NCBI GenBank assembly: GCA_031555185.1
Contig: JAVBUQ010000044.1
Coordinates: forward strand, 1-35,501
Origin: Coriobacteriales bacterium
GTDB lineage: Bacteria; Actinomycetota; Coriobacteriia; Coriobacteriales; UBA8131
DNA length: 35,501 bases
Reading direction: 5' to 3'
Numbering within the stretch: the stretch's first letter is position 1; the number at the start of each line of letters is the position of its first letter. The translations under genes and the position numbers were made by a program. The notes under the pieces were generated by a model. That model worked only from the letters and a program-made list of their open reading frames with translations. It made no database searches and was not told the DNA's origin. Positions 15,689 through 25,098 of this stretch are shown piece after piece.

Positions 15689-17197
15689 CTAGTTGCTGAG
15701 CACTCGGGCAACAGCCTGCTTCCAGCCATCAAGGTGATCCTGTCGCTGTTGCTCATTCATATGAGGAGAGAAGACCGTGCTTTCCCCTGCGTTAGAAAGA
15801 GCGCACAGCTCCTCGAGGTTCTGCCATAGGCCGCAGGTGAGACCGGCCAGAAAGGCAGCCCCGAGGGCAGTGGTCTCCGTATTGGCAGGACGTACGATCT
15901 CTGTATTCAGTATATCGCTTTGAAACTGGAGCAAAAAATCATTGGATGCTGCACCGCCGTCCACCTTGAGTCGTTCGAGGCGTAACGAGGTATCAGCCTG
16001 CACCGCCTCAACCAGATCGCTGAGTTGAAAAGCCATTGCCTCCAGCGCTGCGCGAACGAGATGAACTTTGGTGGTTCCTCGTGTGAGCCCGAAAATAGCC
16101 CCACGCGCTTCCATGTCCCAGTAGGGCGCACCCAGGCCGGTAAAAGCAGGCACAACATAGACGCCTGCCGTATCGGGTACCGACGCTGCAAGGTCCTGGG
16201 TCTCCTCTGCGGTAGCGATAAGTCCCAGTTCGTCCCGGAGCCACTGGATGAGTGCCCCTGAGACAAACACACTGCCCTCAATGGCATACTCCAGTTGAGA
16301 CGTACCGGGTGCAGAGGCCGCGATAGTGGTAATAAGCTGGTTTTGTGAGAGCGGGGCCTCAGTACCCGTATGCACCAACATAAAGCAGCCCGTGCCATAC
16401 GTATTCTTAGCCTCGCCAGGACCCAGGCAGCACTGGCCAAAGAGCGCGGCCTGTTGGTCACCAGCTACGCCACAGAGAGGGACTCCGCCTGGAAGAGAGG
16501 GGTGTGCGGTAACACCGTAGTGGGCTGCCGAAGGGCGTACGTCAGGTAAAAGCGCAACCGGCACGTCAAAGAGGTCAAGGAGTTTTGTGTCCCAACATCC
16601 CTTATGAATGTCAAAGAGCATGGTTCTGCTGGCGTTAGTGTAGTCTGTTGCGTGTGTTGCGCCATCGGTGAGCTGCCAGATGAGCCAGCTATCCACTGTG
16701 CCAAAGGCCAGCTCACCTTGCTCGGCCTGCTCACGAGCACCGGGTATGGTGTTGAGCAGCCAGGTGATCTTGGAAGCAGAGAAGTAAGCGTCGGGCACCA
16801 AGCCGGTCGTTTGACGGATGTATTCGTGGGTTTGAGGATCGGCTACGAGCTCGTCCACCATGTCTGCCGTTCGGCGACACTGCCAGACAATAGCCGGAGC
16901 AATAGGTGTTCCGGTAGTACGATCCCAGATCACGGTAGTCTCACGTTGATTAGTGATGCCTATGCCTTTTATATGCGCAGCGTCTATCTCTCCTACAACA
17001 AGAGCTTCGGTAATAGCAGCCAGCTGACTCGATAGTATCTCAAGGGCGTCGTGCTCTACCCAGCCGGGGTGAGGATAATATTGATTAAAAGGGGTTTGCC
17101 CTATGGCACGAACCTGTGCACGTTTATCAAAGACAAGCGCGCGAGAGGTTGTGGTGCCTTGATCAAGTGCCAGGATAAGACCTTGTGAGTCGGACAT
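15689..17197 (-). CDS. glpK: Glycerol kinase.
   Basis: This is a 502-aa ORF with ALDQGTTTSRALVF, the FGGY-family motifs GDQQAALFGQ and GTGCF, and a typical length. Confidence 0.95.
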   Translation of the reverse strand: MSDSQGLILALDQGTTTSRALVFDKRAQVRAIGQTPFNQYYPHPGWVEHDALEILSSQLAAITEALVVGEIDAAHIKGIGITNQRETTVIWDRTTGTPIAPAIVWQCRRTADMVDELVADPQTHEYIRQTTGLVPDAYFSASKITWLLNTIPGAREQAEQGELAFGTVDSWLIWQLTDGATHATDYTNASRTMLFDIHKGCWDTKLLDLFDVPVALLPDVRPSAAHYGVTAHPSLPGGVPLCGVAGDQQAALFGQCCLGPGEAKNTYGTGCFMLVHTGTEAPLSQNQLITTIAASAPGTSQLEYAIEGSVFVSGALIQWLRDELGLIATAEETQDLAASVPDTAGVYVVPAFTGLGAPYWDMEARGAIFGLTRGTTKVHLVRAALEAMAFQLSDLVEAVQADTSLRLERLKVDGGAASNDFLLQFQSDILNTEIVRPANTETTALGAAFLAGLTCGLWQNLEELCALSNAGESTVFSPHMNEQQRQDHLDGWKQAVARVLSN

Positions 17198-17206
17198 GGG
17201 TGCTCC

Positions 17207-20200
17207 CTAGATTGTTTTTGTGGCTATGAGGCCTACGCCGGTTTGAGCCACGTTTTCTATCAGTAAGGTGCCTTCTGTAACGGGCGCCTCCAAGGTAAGT
17301 TCATGAGCCTCTGCTAAAACGGCAAAGACCTTATCGCGCGGGACTGGCGCAGTTGTCTTAACACTCAAGGGTTCAAGTGAACGAGCTGCCGAAAGAGACG
17401 CAGTCACGATACGCTTGGGGGCAACAACCTCCTCTGCAGCATATTCAAGACCAAGTTTACATCCTTCACCGGTAACCTTTTCCAAAGCGCCGTCTGAAGC
17501 CAGAAAAACAGAAAGCGTACAGCCCTTTGGACAACGCACGCAGGTGTACTCGTCGTAGTCCGCTTCGCCGGATACCGCAGCCGAAAGACCCGTTGTGTCG
17601 TTGGCGTCACGGTTACTCTTCTCGCTTGAGGAAGGTTTCTTTTGTACTGATTCTTCCCGTGCCGATTTGTGTGCAGTCACACTTTCGGGCTCATTCTTGA
17701 CCAAACAATGCATTACCTTGCTTGACTCCAAAGGCCCTTTGTTCTGTTCAGGGTTCTTGGCAACGTCCCCCTGATCGGAGCTCACGCGGCCGTCGTCTGA
17801 AGCTACAGAGGGTTGATCAGAAGGAGACTGACCAGGGGAGGGCTGGTCTGAAGAACACCCCATCCCTCTCGTGGATGAGGCTGAGGCCGCAAAGGCTTCT
17901 CCTTGTGCGAACTGAGCTGCCCGACGTCCCGCACGCTCTCCCTCTTCAGAGGCATGGTCGGCCAGATCGTGGATATGAAGGGCATTGCCGCACACAAAGA
18001 TACCGGGAACGGAGGTCTCAAGCCAGGTGTTGACGCGCAGACTACCGGAAGCACTGTCCACTTCAATACCCGCCTCCAGGGCTAGTTCGGTTTCCGGCTC
18101 CAGACCAATTGAAAGCAGTAACGTGTCGCATGGCCAGCGCTCTTCGCTTCCTTCTATGACCTGTTTGGTGCCGGGGTCTACCTGCGATACCCACACTGCT
18201 TCCAACCGGGCATCCCCTTCCAGTCGGGTGGCGACCCTGTTGCCATAGAAGGGAATACCATAATCATCAAGACATTGCTGTACATTACGGCGCAGACCGC
18301 TGGGTTTGGAGGAGCGCGCAAAAACTCCAAGGACCTCTGCGCCGGAATAGAGACAGCGTCGAGCCATGATAAGCCCGATGTCACCAGAGCCTTGGATAAG
18401 AACCTTACGCCCCGGCAAACAACCCTCCAGGTTGATCAGCGCTTGTGCACTACCAGCGGAGAACACCCCTGCAGGCCGTGTTCCGGCCAGGTTAAGCGCA
18501 CCCTGACCGCGCTCCCGTGAGCCGGTAGCCAAAACAACAGATTTTGCCTTCACGTGAAGCAGTCCCTGTTTGTTCGTTGCCAGGATAGAACAGAGGTGGC
18601 CTTCTTCTCTCTCTGGCTCGCCTGGCTCAAAGGAGAGGACCGCGGTGCCGAGAAAGAGGTCAATGCCACAGTCTGTAAGATTGGCGGCTTCACGGCTGGC
18701 ATATTCCGGACCGGTAAGCTCACGCTTGAATCTTGTAAGGCCAAAACCGTTGTGGATACATTGTCGAAGAATACCGCCGAGAAATCTTTCGCGGTCAAAA
18801 AGGGCGACCTGCCCAGCGCCTTCCTGCTTTGCTGCCACAGCCGCTGCCATACCTGCTGCTCCAGCGCCGATAACAACCACATCATAGACGAGAAAGTCAC
18901 GTGATCCATACTCGTTACGGAATGTGTGCGCCTGTGAGGGAGACGTCTCGTCCCCGCTGCTGCACCTCTCGGCATACTCTTTACTGCTGGCCACCACAAA
19001 AGGTGAGCCAGGGAGCCGCTTATCCATCTGCTCCGGCAGCAAGCCCGTGTATTCATGAACAATCTGCATAAGCTCCGGCGCGCAGAAACCACCGTGGCAA
19101 CGACCCATGGTAATGCCGGTGCGCCATTTGAGCGTGTCTAAACTGAGAACCGGCAAAGAGCCCTTGAATTCGTAAGCGAGGTCGCCGCGCGACACCGTGC
19201 AGCACCTGCACACTATCTGTCCCTGATCAGGATCTTCGGCAATTGCCGATGATCTCTCCTCCTCGGTCATCAGGGCAAAAAGCTTGCGGCCGCTGCGTTT
19301 GCGTCGAGGATTAAAGTCGCCCTTAAGGCCAGCACCTCTAACGCGAGATATGTGTTCTGCCATATCAACAGCTACGGCGGGTGCTGCGGTAAGACCTGGC
19401 GACTCAAAGCAGGCGATGTTAAAAAACCCCGGAACGTCGGGAGCCTCACCGATGATAAAGTCGCCACGTTCTCCCTTGGCGCGAAGGCCGGCAAAGTTAG
19501 CGATGACACCGTTCTTACTGGCTTCTGGCCAGGTCTTCTGCGCTCTCAATAAAAGAGTCTCCAGACCTGTGGCGGAGGTGGCAACATCAGTCTTACTTGT
19601 TTGGGGCAGCGCGTTAGGGCCAACGAGCAGATTGCCATGGATCGTAGGAGTGACCACCACCCCCTTTCCCAAAACACCAGGGGCCTGAAACATGGTGCGG
19701 GTAAAGGTTGTTCCAAAAGGCGTGTCATAAAGCAGGTACTCACCACGAACCGGTGTGATCGAAAGCTTCTGTGAAGAAAGCATGTTGTTAAGCTCGTCTG
19801 CAAAGACGCCGGCGGCATTGATCACGGTGCGACAGGAGAAAGTCCTATGAGAGGCAGTGCGCACACTAAAACCAGAGGCATCTTTTTTTAACGCCACGAC
19901 CTGCTCTTCAAAGAAAAATGAGACACCGTTCTCTGCAGCGTTCTCAGCAGCAGCAAAAGTCAGGCCATAAGGATCGCAAATCCCGGAATGGGGTGCATGG
20001 AGAGCCCCGATGGCATGTTGGGAGACGGCTGGTTCAAGCTCACGCAGACGTTCTGCATCAAGCAACTCTACTGAGACATCGTTGGCAATAGCCCTCTCCT
20101 GAAGAACCCTCAAGGCAGAAAGCTCGTCCTTGGCAAAGGCCAGCACCAGGGAGCCATTTTGCAGATAGCCAAACTCAAGCTCCGCCTGCCACTTTGGAAA

Positions 20201-20428
20201 CAGGCGAGCGCCCTGCACACAATAATGGGCCTTGAGACTGCCGGGCACAGGATCAAATCCCGCATGGACAATACCGGAGTTGGCGCGACTGGTAGCAAAC
20301 GCAATATCGTTGCCAGCCTCCACAACAGCACAATTCAGATCGTAGCGGGAGAGCTCTCGTGCAAGACAACAGCCTGCCACGCCAGCCCCGATTATGATGC
20401 AATCAAACACCGTTGTCTTGTCTGTCAT
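17207..20428 (-). CDS. Three-domain fusion: FAD-dependent glycerol-3-phosphate dehydrogenase with a BFD-like [2Fe-2S] domain, an NAD(P)/FAD pyridine-nucleotide-disulfide-type oxidoreductase, and a DUF1667-like Cys-rich domain.
   Basis: I place the start at ATG 20426-20428 (MTDKTTVFDCIIIGAGVAG), which has an AAGGAG RBS 5 nt upstream. The ORF-track TTG at 20443 adds 5 aa. The BFD-like motif is IVCRCCTVSRGD...GRCHGGFC. A second Rossmann fold, YDVVVIGAGAAGMAAAVAA, begins near aa 515. The C-terminal segment YTCVRCPKGCTLSV... resembles DUF1667. An S/P/Q/D-rich linker joins modules 2 and 3. Confidence 0.88.
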   Translation of the reverse strand: MTDKTTVFDCIIIGAGVAGCCLARELSRYDLNCAVVEAGNDIAFATSRANSGIVHAGFDPVPGSLKAHYCVQGARLFPKWQAELEFGYLQNGSLVLAFAKDELSALRVLQERAIANDVSVELLDAERLRELEPAVSQHAIGALHAPHSGICDPYGLTFAAAENAAENGVSFFFEEQVVALKKDASGFSVRTASHRTFSCRTVINAAGVFADELNNMLSSQKLSITPVRGEYLLYDTPFGTTFTRTMFQAPGVLGKGVVVTPTIHGNLLVGPNALPQTSKTDVATSATGLETLLLRAQKTWPEASKNGVIANFAGLRAKGERGDFIIGEAPDVPGFFNIACFESPGLTAAPAVAVDMAEHISRVRGAGLKGDFNPRRKRSGRKLFALMTEEERSSAIAEDPDQGQIVCRCCTVSRGDLAYEFKGSLPVLSLDTLKWRTGITMGRCHGGFCAPELMQIVHEYTGLLPEQMDKRLPGSPFVVASSKEYAERCSSGDETSPSQAHTFRNEYGSRDFLVYDVVVIGAGAAGMAAAVAAKQEGAGQVALFDRERFLGGILRQCIHNGFGLTRFKRELTGPEYASREAANLTDCGIDLFLGTAVLSFEPGEPEREEGHLCSILATNKQGLLHVKAKSVVLATGSRERGQGALNLAGTRPAGVFSAGSAQALINLEGCLPGRKVLIQGSGDIGLIMARRCLYSGAEVLGVFARSSKPSGLRRNVQQCLDDYGIPFYGNRVATRLEGDARLEAVWVSQVDPGTKQVIEGSEERWPCDTLLLSIGLEPETELALEAGIEVDSASGSLRVNTWLETSVPGIFVCGNALHIHDLADHASEEGERAGRRAAQFAQGEAFAASASSTRGMGCSSDQPSPGQSPSDQPSVASDDGRVSSDQGDVAKNPEQNKGPLESSKVMHCLVKNEPESVTAHKSAREESVQKKPSSSEKSNRDANDTTGLSAAVSGEADYDEYTCVRCPKGCTLSVFLASDGALEKVTGEGCKLGLEYAAEEVVAPKRIVTASLSAARSLEPLSVKTTAPVPRDKVFAVLAEAHELTLEAPVTEGTLLIENVAQTGVGLIATKTI

Positions 20429-20449
20429 TATGCTCCTTGCCAATATAAA

Positions 20450-20481
20450 GAACCTTCCCAGACAGAAGTCTGAGAAGGTTC
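20450..20481 (-). terminator. Intrinsic terminator of the lipoprotein gene.
   Basis: The minus strand reads gaaccttc-t-cagac-ttct-gtctg-g-gaaggttc followed by tttatatt. It sits 78 nt past the stop at 20559 and immediately upstream of the glp-fusion RBS. Confidence 0.55.
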
Positions 20482-20558
20482 AAAGATACCACAGGATCAC
20501 CTACATAACGAGCCTGTTTCTGCGTATGCCCAAATACTGCAGAAACCAGCCTCACGTC

Positions 20559-21095
20559 TTATTTTATGGGGATCTTAAAGGACGTATAGGTTGTTCCTTC
20601 TTCATCTACCTCAATGTACATGAGATAGGGTTCTGCCAGACTGGTAGCATACTCAATGACTATGTCATAGGAAGCAGTCTCACCATCAGACAGATTAAAC
20701 GAGGCAGGCATCATCTCGTCGGTAAAAGGATCCAACGGAAAGATGTAGTCAGGCAGGCTGCTGTCATCAACAAACCAGTCAAAGGTACCAAACGGCTGCG
20801 AAGAGCCAGAGGTATTGGTCTCAGTGATATGCGCAACAAGCAGCGTATTGCCTTCGGCGGCAGTGTAATCGCCATAGCTCTGAGCTGTTTCCATAGTGTC
20901 AACGGTAAAGGTAAACCACTTGGTAGCATACTCGGTACCAACCACGCCGGTGACATCGCCTTCGATCATCTGAGCCACTGCGTTTGACACATCATTTGCT
21001 GCTTGCTCTACTTGATTGCAGGCTGTCAAAGTAAATGTTGACACCATGCAGAGCGCTAACACGAGTGCCAAACCCCTCTTCTTAAGGTTACTCAT
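20559..21095 (-). CDS. Lipoprotein of unknown function.
   Basis: This is a 178-aa ORF. It has a signal peptide MSNLKKRGLALVLALCMVSTFTLTAC with an LTAC lipobox, and a GGAGAGGG RBS upstream. Confidence 0.8.
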   Translation of the reverse strand: MSNLKKRGLALVLALCMVSTFTLTACNQVEQAANDVSNAVAQMIEGDVTGVVGTEYATKWFTFTVDTMETAQSYGDYTAAEGNTLLVAHITETNTSGSSQPFGTFDWFVDDSSLPDYIFPLDPFTDEMMPASFNLSDGETASYDIVIEYATSLAEPYLMYIEVDEEGTTYTSFKIPIK

Positions 21096-21165
21096 GCCCT
21101 CTCCTTTTCTATGAACAAATTCTTGTATTCCCCTTGTTTGGGTCCTGCTGTTTTGCTAGTTGGGC

Positions 21166-21241
21166 TGGTGGAGATGATGGGGATCGAACCCACGACCTAT
21201 AGCTTGCAAAGCTATTGCTCTCCCAGCTGAGCTACATCCCC
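21166..21241 (-). tRNA. tRNA-Ala (anticodon TGC).
   Basis: The reverse complement is GGGGATGTAGCTCAGCTGGGAGAGCAATAGCTTTGCAAGCTATAGGTCGTGGGTTCGATCCCCATCATCTCCACCA. It has the G3:U70 alanine identity pair, anticodon loop TTTGCAA and an encoded CCA. Confidence 0.92.
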
Positions 21242-21362
21242 ACACTAGCAAACCAAAACATTCTAGCACATGGTTCTGCTCTCTGTGCGCACATTAGGCT
21301 TGAGTTTTATGAGTTACGATAAACGGAAAGTGTTCTATAACCGTTACTTCAGTCAGACAAAC

Positions 21363-22688
21363 CTATCGCTTGTGTTTTTGAGTGGAACGAACACTGAGCT
21401 CAGCACCTTCAACAGTATCGCCCATTGAGAAATCATAGACCTTGAAAGTATTCTTACCATTTTTCTTGGCATGATACATCGCGATATCAGCGTATTTGAT
21501 AAGTTCATCGTAGTCGGTCTGCATACTGGGAAAGAGTGCTACTCCAATGCTCAGGCCCACACCAAAGTTCTCGATGAACTTTCTCAGATCCTGTTCTTTG
21601 CCAAAAGCCTCAAGGAGCATACCCGCATATCTTGAAGCGTCTTCTGCCTGAGAAATGCCAGGTATGAGTTGCAGGAATTCGTCCCCACCAATACGAGCGG
21701 TAAGAGCTTCCATACCAAAATCGCAAGCGCAGCAGTTCTCTTTTGCATGGGCATCAAGGAAGGAGGCGATCCTGCGCAGGAGCTCATCCCCGGTATCATG
21801 ACCGGCATGGTCGTTAACCGTTTTAAAGTTATCCAGATCGATGAAAAAGACGGCAAAAGGATGCTCATCCTCTTTGAGGTGATCTATCTCGCACGCCAAA
21901 AAGCTAAAGAGGTTGTTTCTGTTGGGAAGACCGGAGATAGGGTCAAAGTTTGCCAGGTCAAAGAGGTGTTGCTGCATTCTTGAATTACGGCGAACAAGCA
22001 CAAGGAGAATGATCAGCATCACGATTACCGCAACACTCGTTGTCACAATCAAGACAGTGGTATAAAAGGCCGTTGATTCACCATTACGTTTTATGTAGGT
22101 GTCAGGAAAGTCCGTGGCGATGATGCCGACCTGAGTGCCGTTCTCGTCGTACAGAGGCACAGCTCCGGAGTTAAAGGATCCCCAGGCATCCCTGACGTTC
22201 ATGACGTCCGCTGAGGTATTACCTGCAAATGCCTCAGCGTGTACCGGAGAAATCTCATAGGGCTCAAAGACCTGATGCGTTCTTTGCACCTCTGGGTCTA
22301 TGTCAAATACAAAATAGTAGGTGCCGTCTATTTCCTTGAGTGCATAGATATACTCACTGCCTATCTCATTATTAAGCAGTCTGAGCTCCTCGATAACACT
22401 GACCCAGGCATCCCAGTTCTTGTCAATATCCTCCTGGGAGTTGATGCTGACAAAAAGATCCATGTTGTCTTCGACGATTTCACGCGCAGCAGTAGAGCTT
22501 GCGATGAGCTGAGACTTAACGCTGTCAACAAGCACGGCTTCTGTTGCGTCATTGTTCTGGAGCGTAAGTGAGATGGTAGTTGCAAGAGCAACAACCAACA
22601 AGGTGACTACTGCCGCAACGCCTATAAGTAAGATCTTAGGCGTTACAATCCCCTGCATACTCCTCGTGTTTGTAGATCCCATCTCCAC
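21363..22688 (-). CDS. Membrane-anchored diguanylate cyclase (GGDEF) with an extracytoplasmic sensor domain.
   Basis: This is a 441-aa ORF. It has a TM helix near aa 17-43, an extracytoplasmic domain of about 170 aa, a second TM helix (FYTTVLIVTTSVAVIVMLIILLVLV), and a GGDEF domain with RIGGDEFLQL. GTG at 22688 and ATG at 22680-22682 are both possible starts. Confidence 0.9.
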   Translation of the reverse strand: MEMGSTNTRSMQGIVTPKILLIGVAAVVTLLVVALATTISLTLQNNDATEAVLVDSVKSQLIASSTAAREIVEDNMDLFVSINSQEDIDKNWDAWVSVIEELRLLNNEIGSEYIYALKEIDGTYYFVFDIDPEVQRTHQVFEPYEISPVHAEAFAGNTSADVMNVRDAWGSFNSGAVPLYDENGTQVGIIATDFPDTYIKRNGESTAFYTTVLIVTTSVAVIVMLIILLVLVRRNSRMQQHLFDLANFDPISGLPNRNNLFSFLACEIDHLKEDEHPFAVFFIDLDNFKTVNDHAGHDTGDELLRRIASFLDAHAKENCCACDFGMEALTARIGGDEFLQLIPGISQAEDASRYAGMLLEAFGKEQDLRKFIENFGVGLSIGVALFPSMQTDYDELIKYADIAMYHAKKNGKNTFKVYDFSMGDTVEGAELSVRSTQKHKR

Positions 22689-22790
22689 CTCTTTATTGCC
22701 AAAAGGCTAAAGATATAGCTGGTTACAGCAAGACAGAGACCCCTCATGCGCATTATCTCTCACCACCACAACCAGTAACCCCTGCAATTT

Positions 22791-22835
22791 AATAAACGCC
22801 CTGGCGGCTACTCGGCTCACGCCAGGGCGTTTATT
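22791..22835 (-). terminator. Hairpin terminator downstream of tRNA-Ile.
   Basis: aataaacgccctggcg (22791-22806) pairs with cgccagggcgtttatt (22820-22835), a 16-bp stem with a 13-nt loop. On the minus strand it is followed by aaatt. Confidence 0.5.
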
Positions 22836-22844
22836 CCAAAAAAC

Positions 22845-22921
22845 TGGTGGGCCCAACTGGATTCGAACCAGTGACCTCACGGTTATCAGCCGTGCGCTCT
22901 AGCCAACTGAGCTATGGGCCC
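22845..22921 (-). tRNA. tRNA-Ile (anticodon GAT).
   Basis: The reverse complement is GGGCCCATAGCTCAGTTGGCTAGAGCGCACGGCTGATAACCGTGAGGTCACTGGTTCGAATCCAGTTGGGCCCACCA. It has anticodon stem CACGG/CCGTG, loop CTGATAA and an encoded CCA. Confidence 0.92.
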
Positions 22922-23039
22922 AAAAAGCGCCCGATAACTTTATCCCAGCGGGGCATCCAGGTCAAGAAAATATAGCAAAAAATTATACTTTTGGCAAATT
23001 GCGAACACCAACAGCAGTTTTTGGAGCGCAAAAGGGCTT

Positions 23040-24239
23040 CTATGGTGCTATTAACAGCACGACCTCGCCCTTAAGCGGCCTGCCCTTTTTTATACGCTCG
23101 CTAACGCACGAAGCTACTTCCACAGCAGTGCCAGAAAGAAGCTCCTCATGCAGCTTGGTGAGCTCGCGAGCCATTACCACCTGATTTTCTGGCAGCGTCT
23201 CAGCTATAAGCCGTAAGGTCTTCTCAGTGCGGTGCACCGACTCATAAAACACGAGGACAGTGTCTTCCAGGCTCGATAAATCCTCAAGCAAGCGTTTACC
23301 CGCGCCAGCTTTGCGAGGGAAAAACCCACCAAAGAAATGATTGTGCGCCTTAATACCGCTGGCAGCTAAAGCTGTGGTAAGAGCAGAGGCTCCTGGAAGC
23401 ACCTCAACGGCATGGCCTGCTGTACGAGCCGCTGCTACAAGCAGGTTTCCAGGATCCGAAACACCAGGCATGCCGGCATCAGTCACATAGGCGAGTCTCT
23501 TGCCTTCTTCCAGCTCAGCAAGGAGAGAAGGCACAAGATCAGGAAGTGTATGGGCATCAGCACGGCGCAGAGGGGTTTTGATGTCATATCGGGCAGCAAG
23601 CTTGCGGGTAACCCGCGTATCCTCGCAGTAGACTACATCTGCATCGTTCAGTGTCTCTAGGACACGTAAAGTGATATCGCCAAGATTACCTATTGGCGTG
23701 GCACAGACAAAGAGGCAGCCAGAAGCTGAGCCAGTCAGCACGACTTCTTCATCCTCAGTTACTATCTCTCCGCAGTCCACCGCATTTCTGTTGACCACTT
23801 TGTTATTGGCCAGGACATGACAAGGGCTTATCTCCAGGAGAGGGGTTACAACAAAAGCGCGGTGTAAAGCTTCAGGATGGGGCAAGGTCAGCCGAGGGTC
23901 ATTCAGTACGATGCCTTCCATATCTATGATATCAAGGTCAAGAGTGCGTGGACCTTTAGGAACAAAAGCCTCCCCTTCACGCACACGTCCAAAAGCGGCT
24001 TCGATGTTCTGTAGCGCAGACAACAGCTGCCAGGGTGTGAGGCTCGTTTTTATGAGAATGACGGCATTTTTAAAATCCGGCTGCTCCAGAACAACAGCAG
24101 GTTTTGATGTATAGATGCTGCTCATAGCTAAAAACTCAATTCCCGGCGTGGAAGAAATGCGTTCGCAAGCGGAAATGAGCGTGGTCTCACTTTGACCTAG
24201 ATTGGAGCCTGATGCAATGACTGCCACACGTTCATCCAT
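23040..24239 (-). CDS. folK: Fusion protein: HPPK (6-hydroxymethyl-7,8-dihydropterin pyrophosphokinase, FolK) at the N-terminus and an RsmI-type SAM-dependent 16S rRNA 2'-O-methyltransferase (tetrapyrrole-methylase fold) at the C-terminus.
   Basis: The HPPK part reads VAVIASGSNLG...PRTLDLDIIDMEG...LTLPHPEALHRAFVVTPLLEI. The RsmI part reads LFVCATPIGNLGDITLRVLETLNDADVVYCEDTRVTRKL... I place the start at ATG 24237-24239, which overlaps the folP stop (tATGGATGA). The ORF-track start at 24323 lies inside folP. Confidence 0.85.
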   Translation of the reverse strand: MDERVAVIASGSNLGQSETTLISACERISSTPGIEFLAMSSIYTSKPAVVLEQPDFKNAVILIKTSLTPWQLLSALQNIEAAFGRVREGEAFVPKGPRTLDLDIIDMEGIVLNDPRLTLPHPEALHRAFVVTPLLEISPCHVLANNKVVNRNAVDCGEIVTEDEEVVLTGSASGCLFVCATPIGNLGDITLRVLETLNDADVVYCEDTRVTRKLAARYDIKTPLRRADAHTLPDLVPSLLAELEEGKRLAYVTDAGMPGVSDPGNLLVAAARTAGHAVEVLPGASALTTALAASGIKAHNHFFGGFFPRKAGAGKRLLEDLSSLEDTVLVFYESVHRTEKTLRLIAETLPENQVVMARELTKLHEELLSGTAVEVASCVSERIKKGRPLKGEVVLLIAP

Positions 24240-25080
24240 AGAGTGCATCCATAACCTTAAGAGCTTCAACGGTTGGGCCAATATCATGGACCCGGAGTAC
24301 ACCTGCTCCATGGCAGGCGGCATACACCGCTGCAGCTACAGAGCCGGCTACACGTTTTGAGGGAACGGCTTCTCCGGTGATCTCGCCGATGAACCGCTTG
24401 CGAGACCAGGCAGCCATAAGGATAAAGGGAGGTTCTTCCAGGTTTGCTAGAAAGGCAGTGTTTCGTAAGAGCGTCAGGTTCTGCTCCTGGTCTTTGCCAA
24501 AACCGGGGCCAGGATCCACGCAGATACGGGTGTTTTCGACGCCGCCCGATCTCAGGAGGTGTGCCTGTGTAAGCAAGAAGTCGCTCACCTCCTCAAGCAC
24601 ATCAACATAGCGGGGGTTATCCTGCATCGTTTGTGGTCTACCCTTCATATGCATGATGACGCAACCAGCGTTGCTTTCAAATGCAAGGCGCTGCATAGCG
24701 GGATCAGTAAACCCGGTGATGTCGTTGATAATAGACACGCCTTCATCCAGACACACCCTCACTACCTGAGGATGTCGAGAATCAATAGCTACACAAAAAC
24801 CTTCATCAACCAGTGTTTTTACAATTGGAAGAACCCTTGCCAATTCTTCATCAGGCGACAGCTCTTCAGAGCCTGGGCGGGTGGACTCTCCGCCAACATC
24901 GATGATGTCGGCCCCCAGCTCCTGCATACTCCTGGCATGACGGATTGCATCCGTGGGCGCAAGATAATCGCCACCATCACTGAAAGAGTCCGGTGTAATA
25001 TTGAGAACACCCATGATCAAAGGCTTTTTTTGCTCAAATCTAACAGAGCCGCACTGCCAGACATGTAGAGGAGTGGCCAC
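24232..25080 (-). CDS. folP: Dihydropteroate synthase.
   Basis: This is a 282-aa ORF with IMGVLNITPDSFSDGG, DIIDVGGESTRPG and the rest of the pterin-binding barrel motifs. Confidence 0.92.
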   Translation of the reverse strand: MATPLHVWQCGSVRFEQKKPLIMGVLNITPDSFSDGGDYLAPTDAIRHARSMQELGADIIDVGGESTRPGSEELSPDEELARVLPIVKTLVDEGFCVAIDSRHPQVVRVCLDEGVSIINDITGFTDPAMQRLAFESNAGCVIMHMKGRPQTMQDNPRYVDVLEEVSDFLLTQAHLLRSGGVENTRICVDPGPGFGKDQEQNLTLLRNTAFLANLEEPPFILMAAWSRKRFIGEITGEAVPSKRVAGSVAAAVYAACHGAGVLRVHDIGPTVEALKVMDALYG

Positions 25081-25098
25081 GGTTAGTCCAGCACGTCG

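Noticed and set aside
15907-20473. Alternative-frame and antisense ORFs within glpK and the glp fusion gene (for example 15907..16461, 18550..19092, 19284..19688).
   Set aside because: They are embedded in ORFs with unambiguous glycerol kinase and flavoprotein motifs, and their translations are R/P/S/C-rich.
20394-20987. Plus-strand 197-aa ORF opposite the lipoprotein gene.
   Set aside because: The minus-strand ORF has a signal peptide, a lipobox, an RBS and a downstream terminator. The plus-strand ORF starts inside the glp fusion gene and has none of these.
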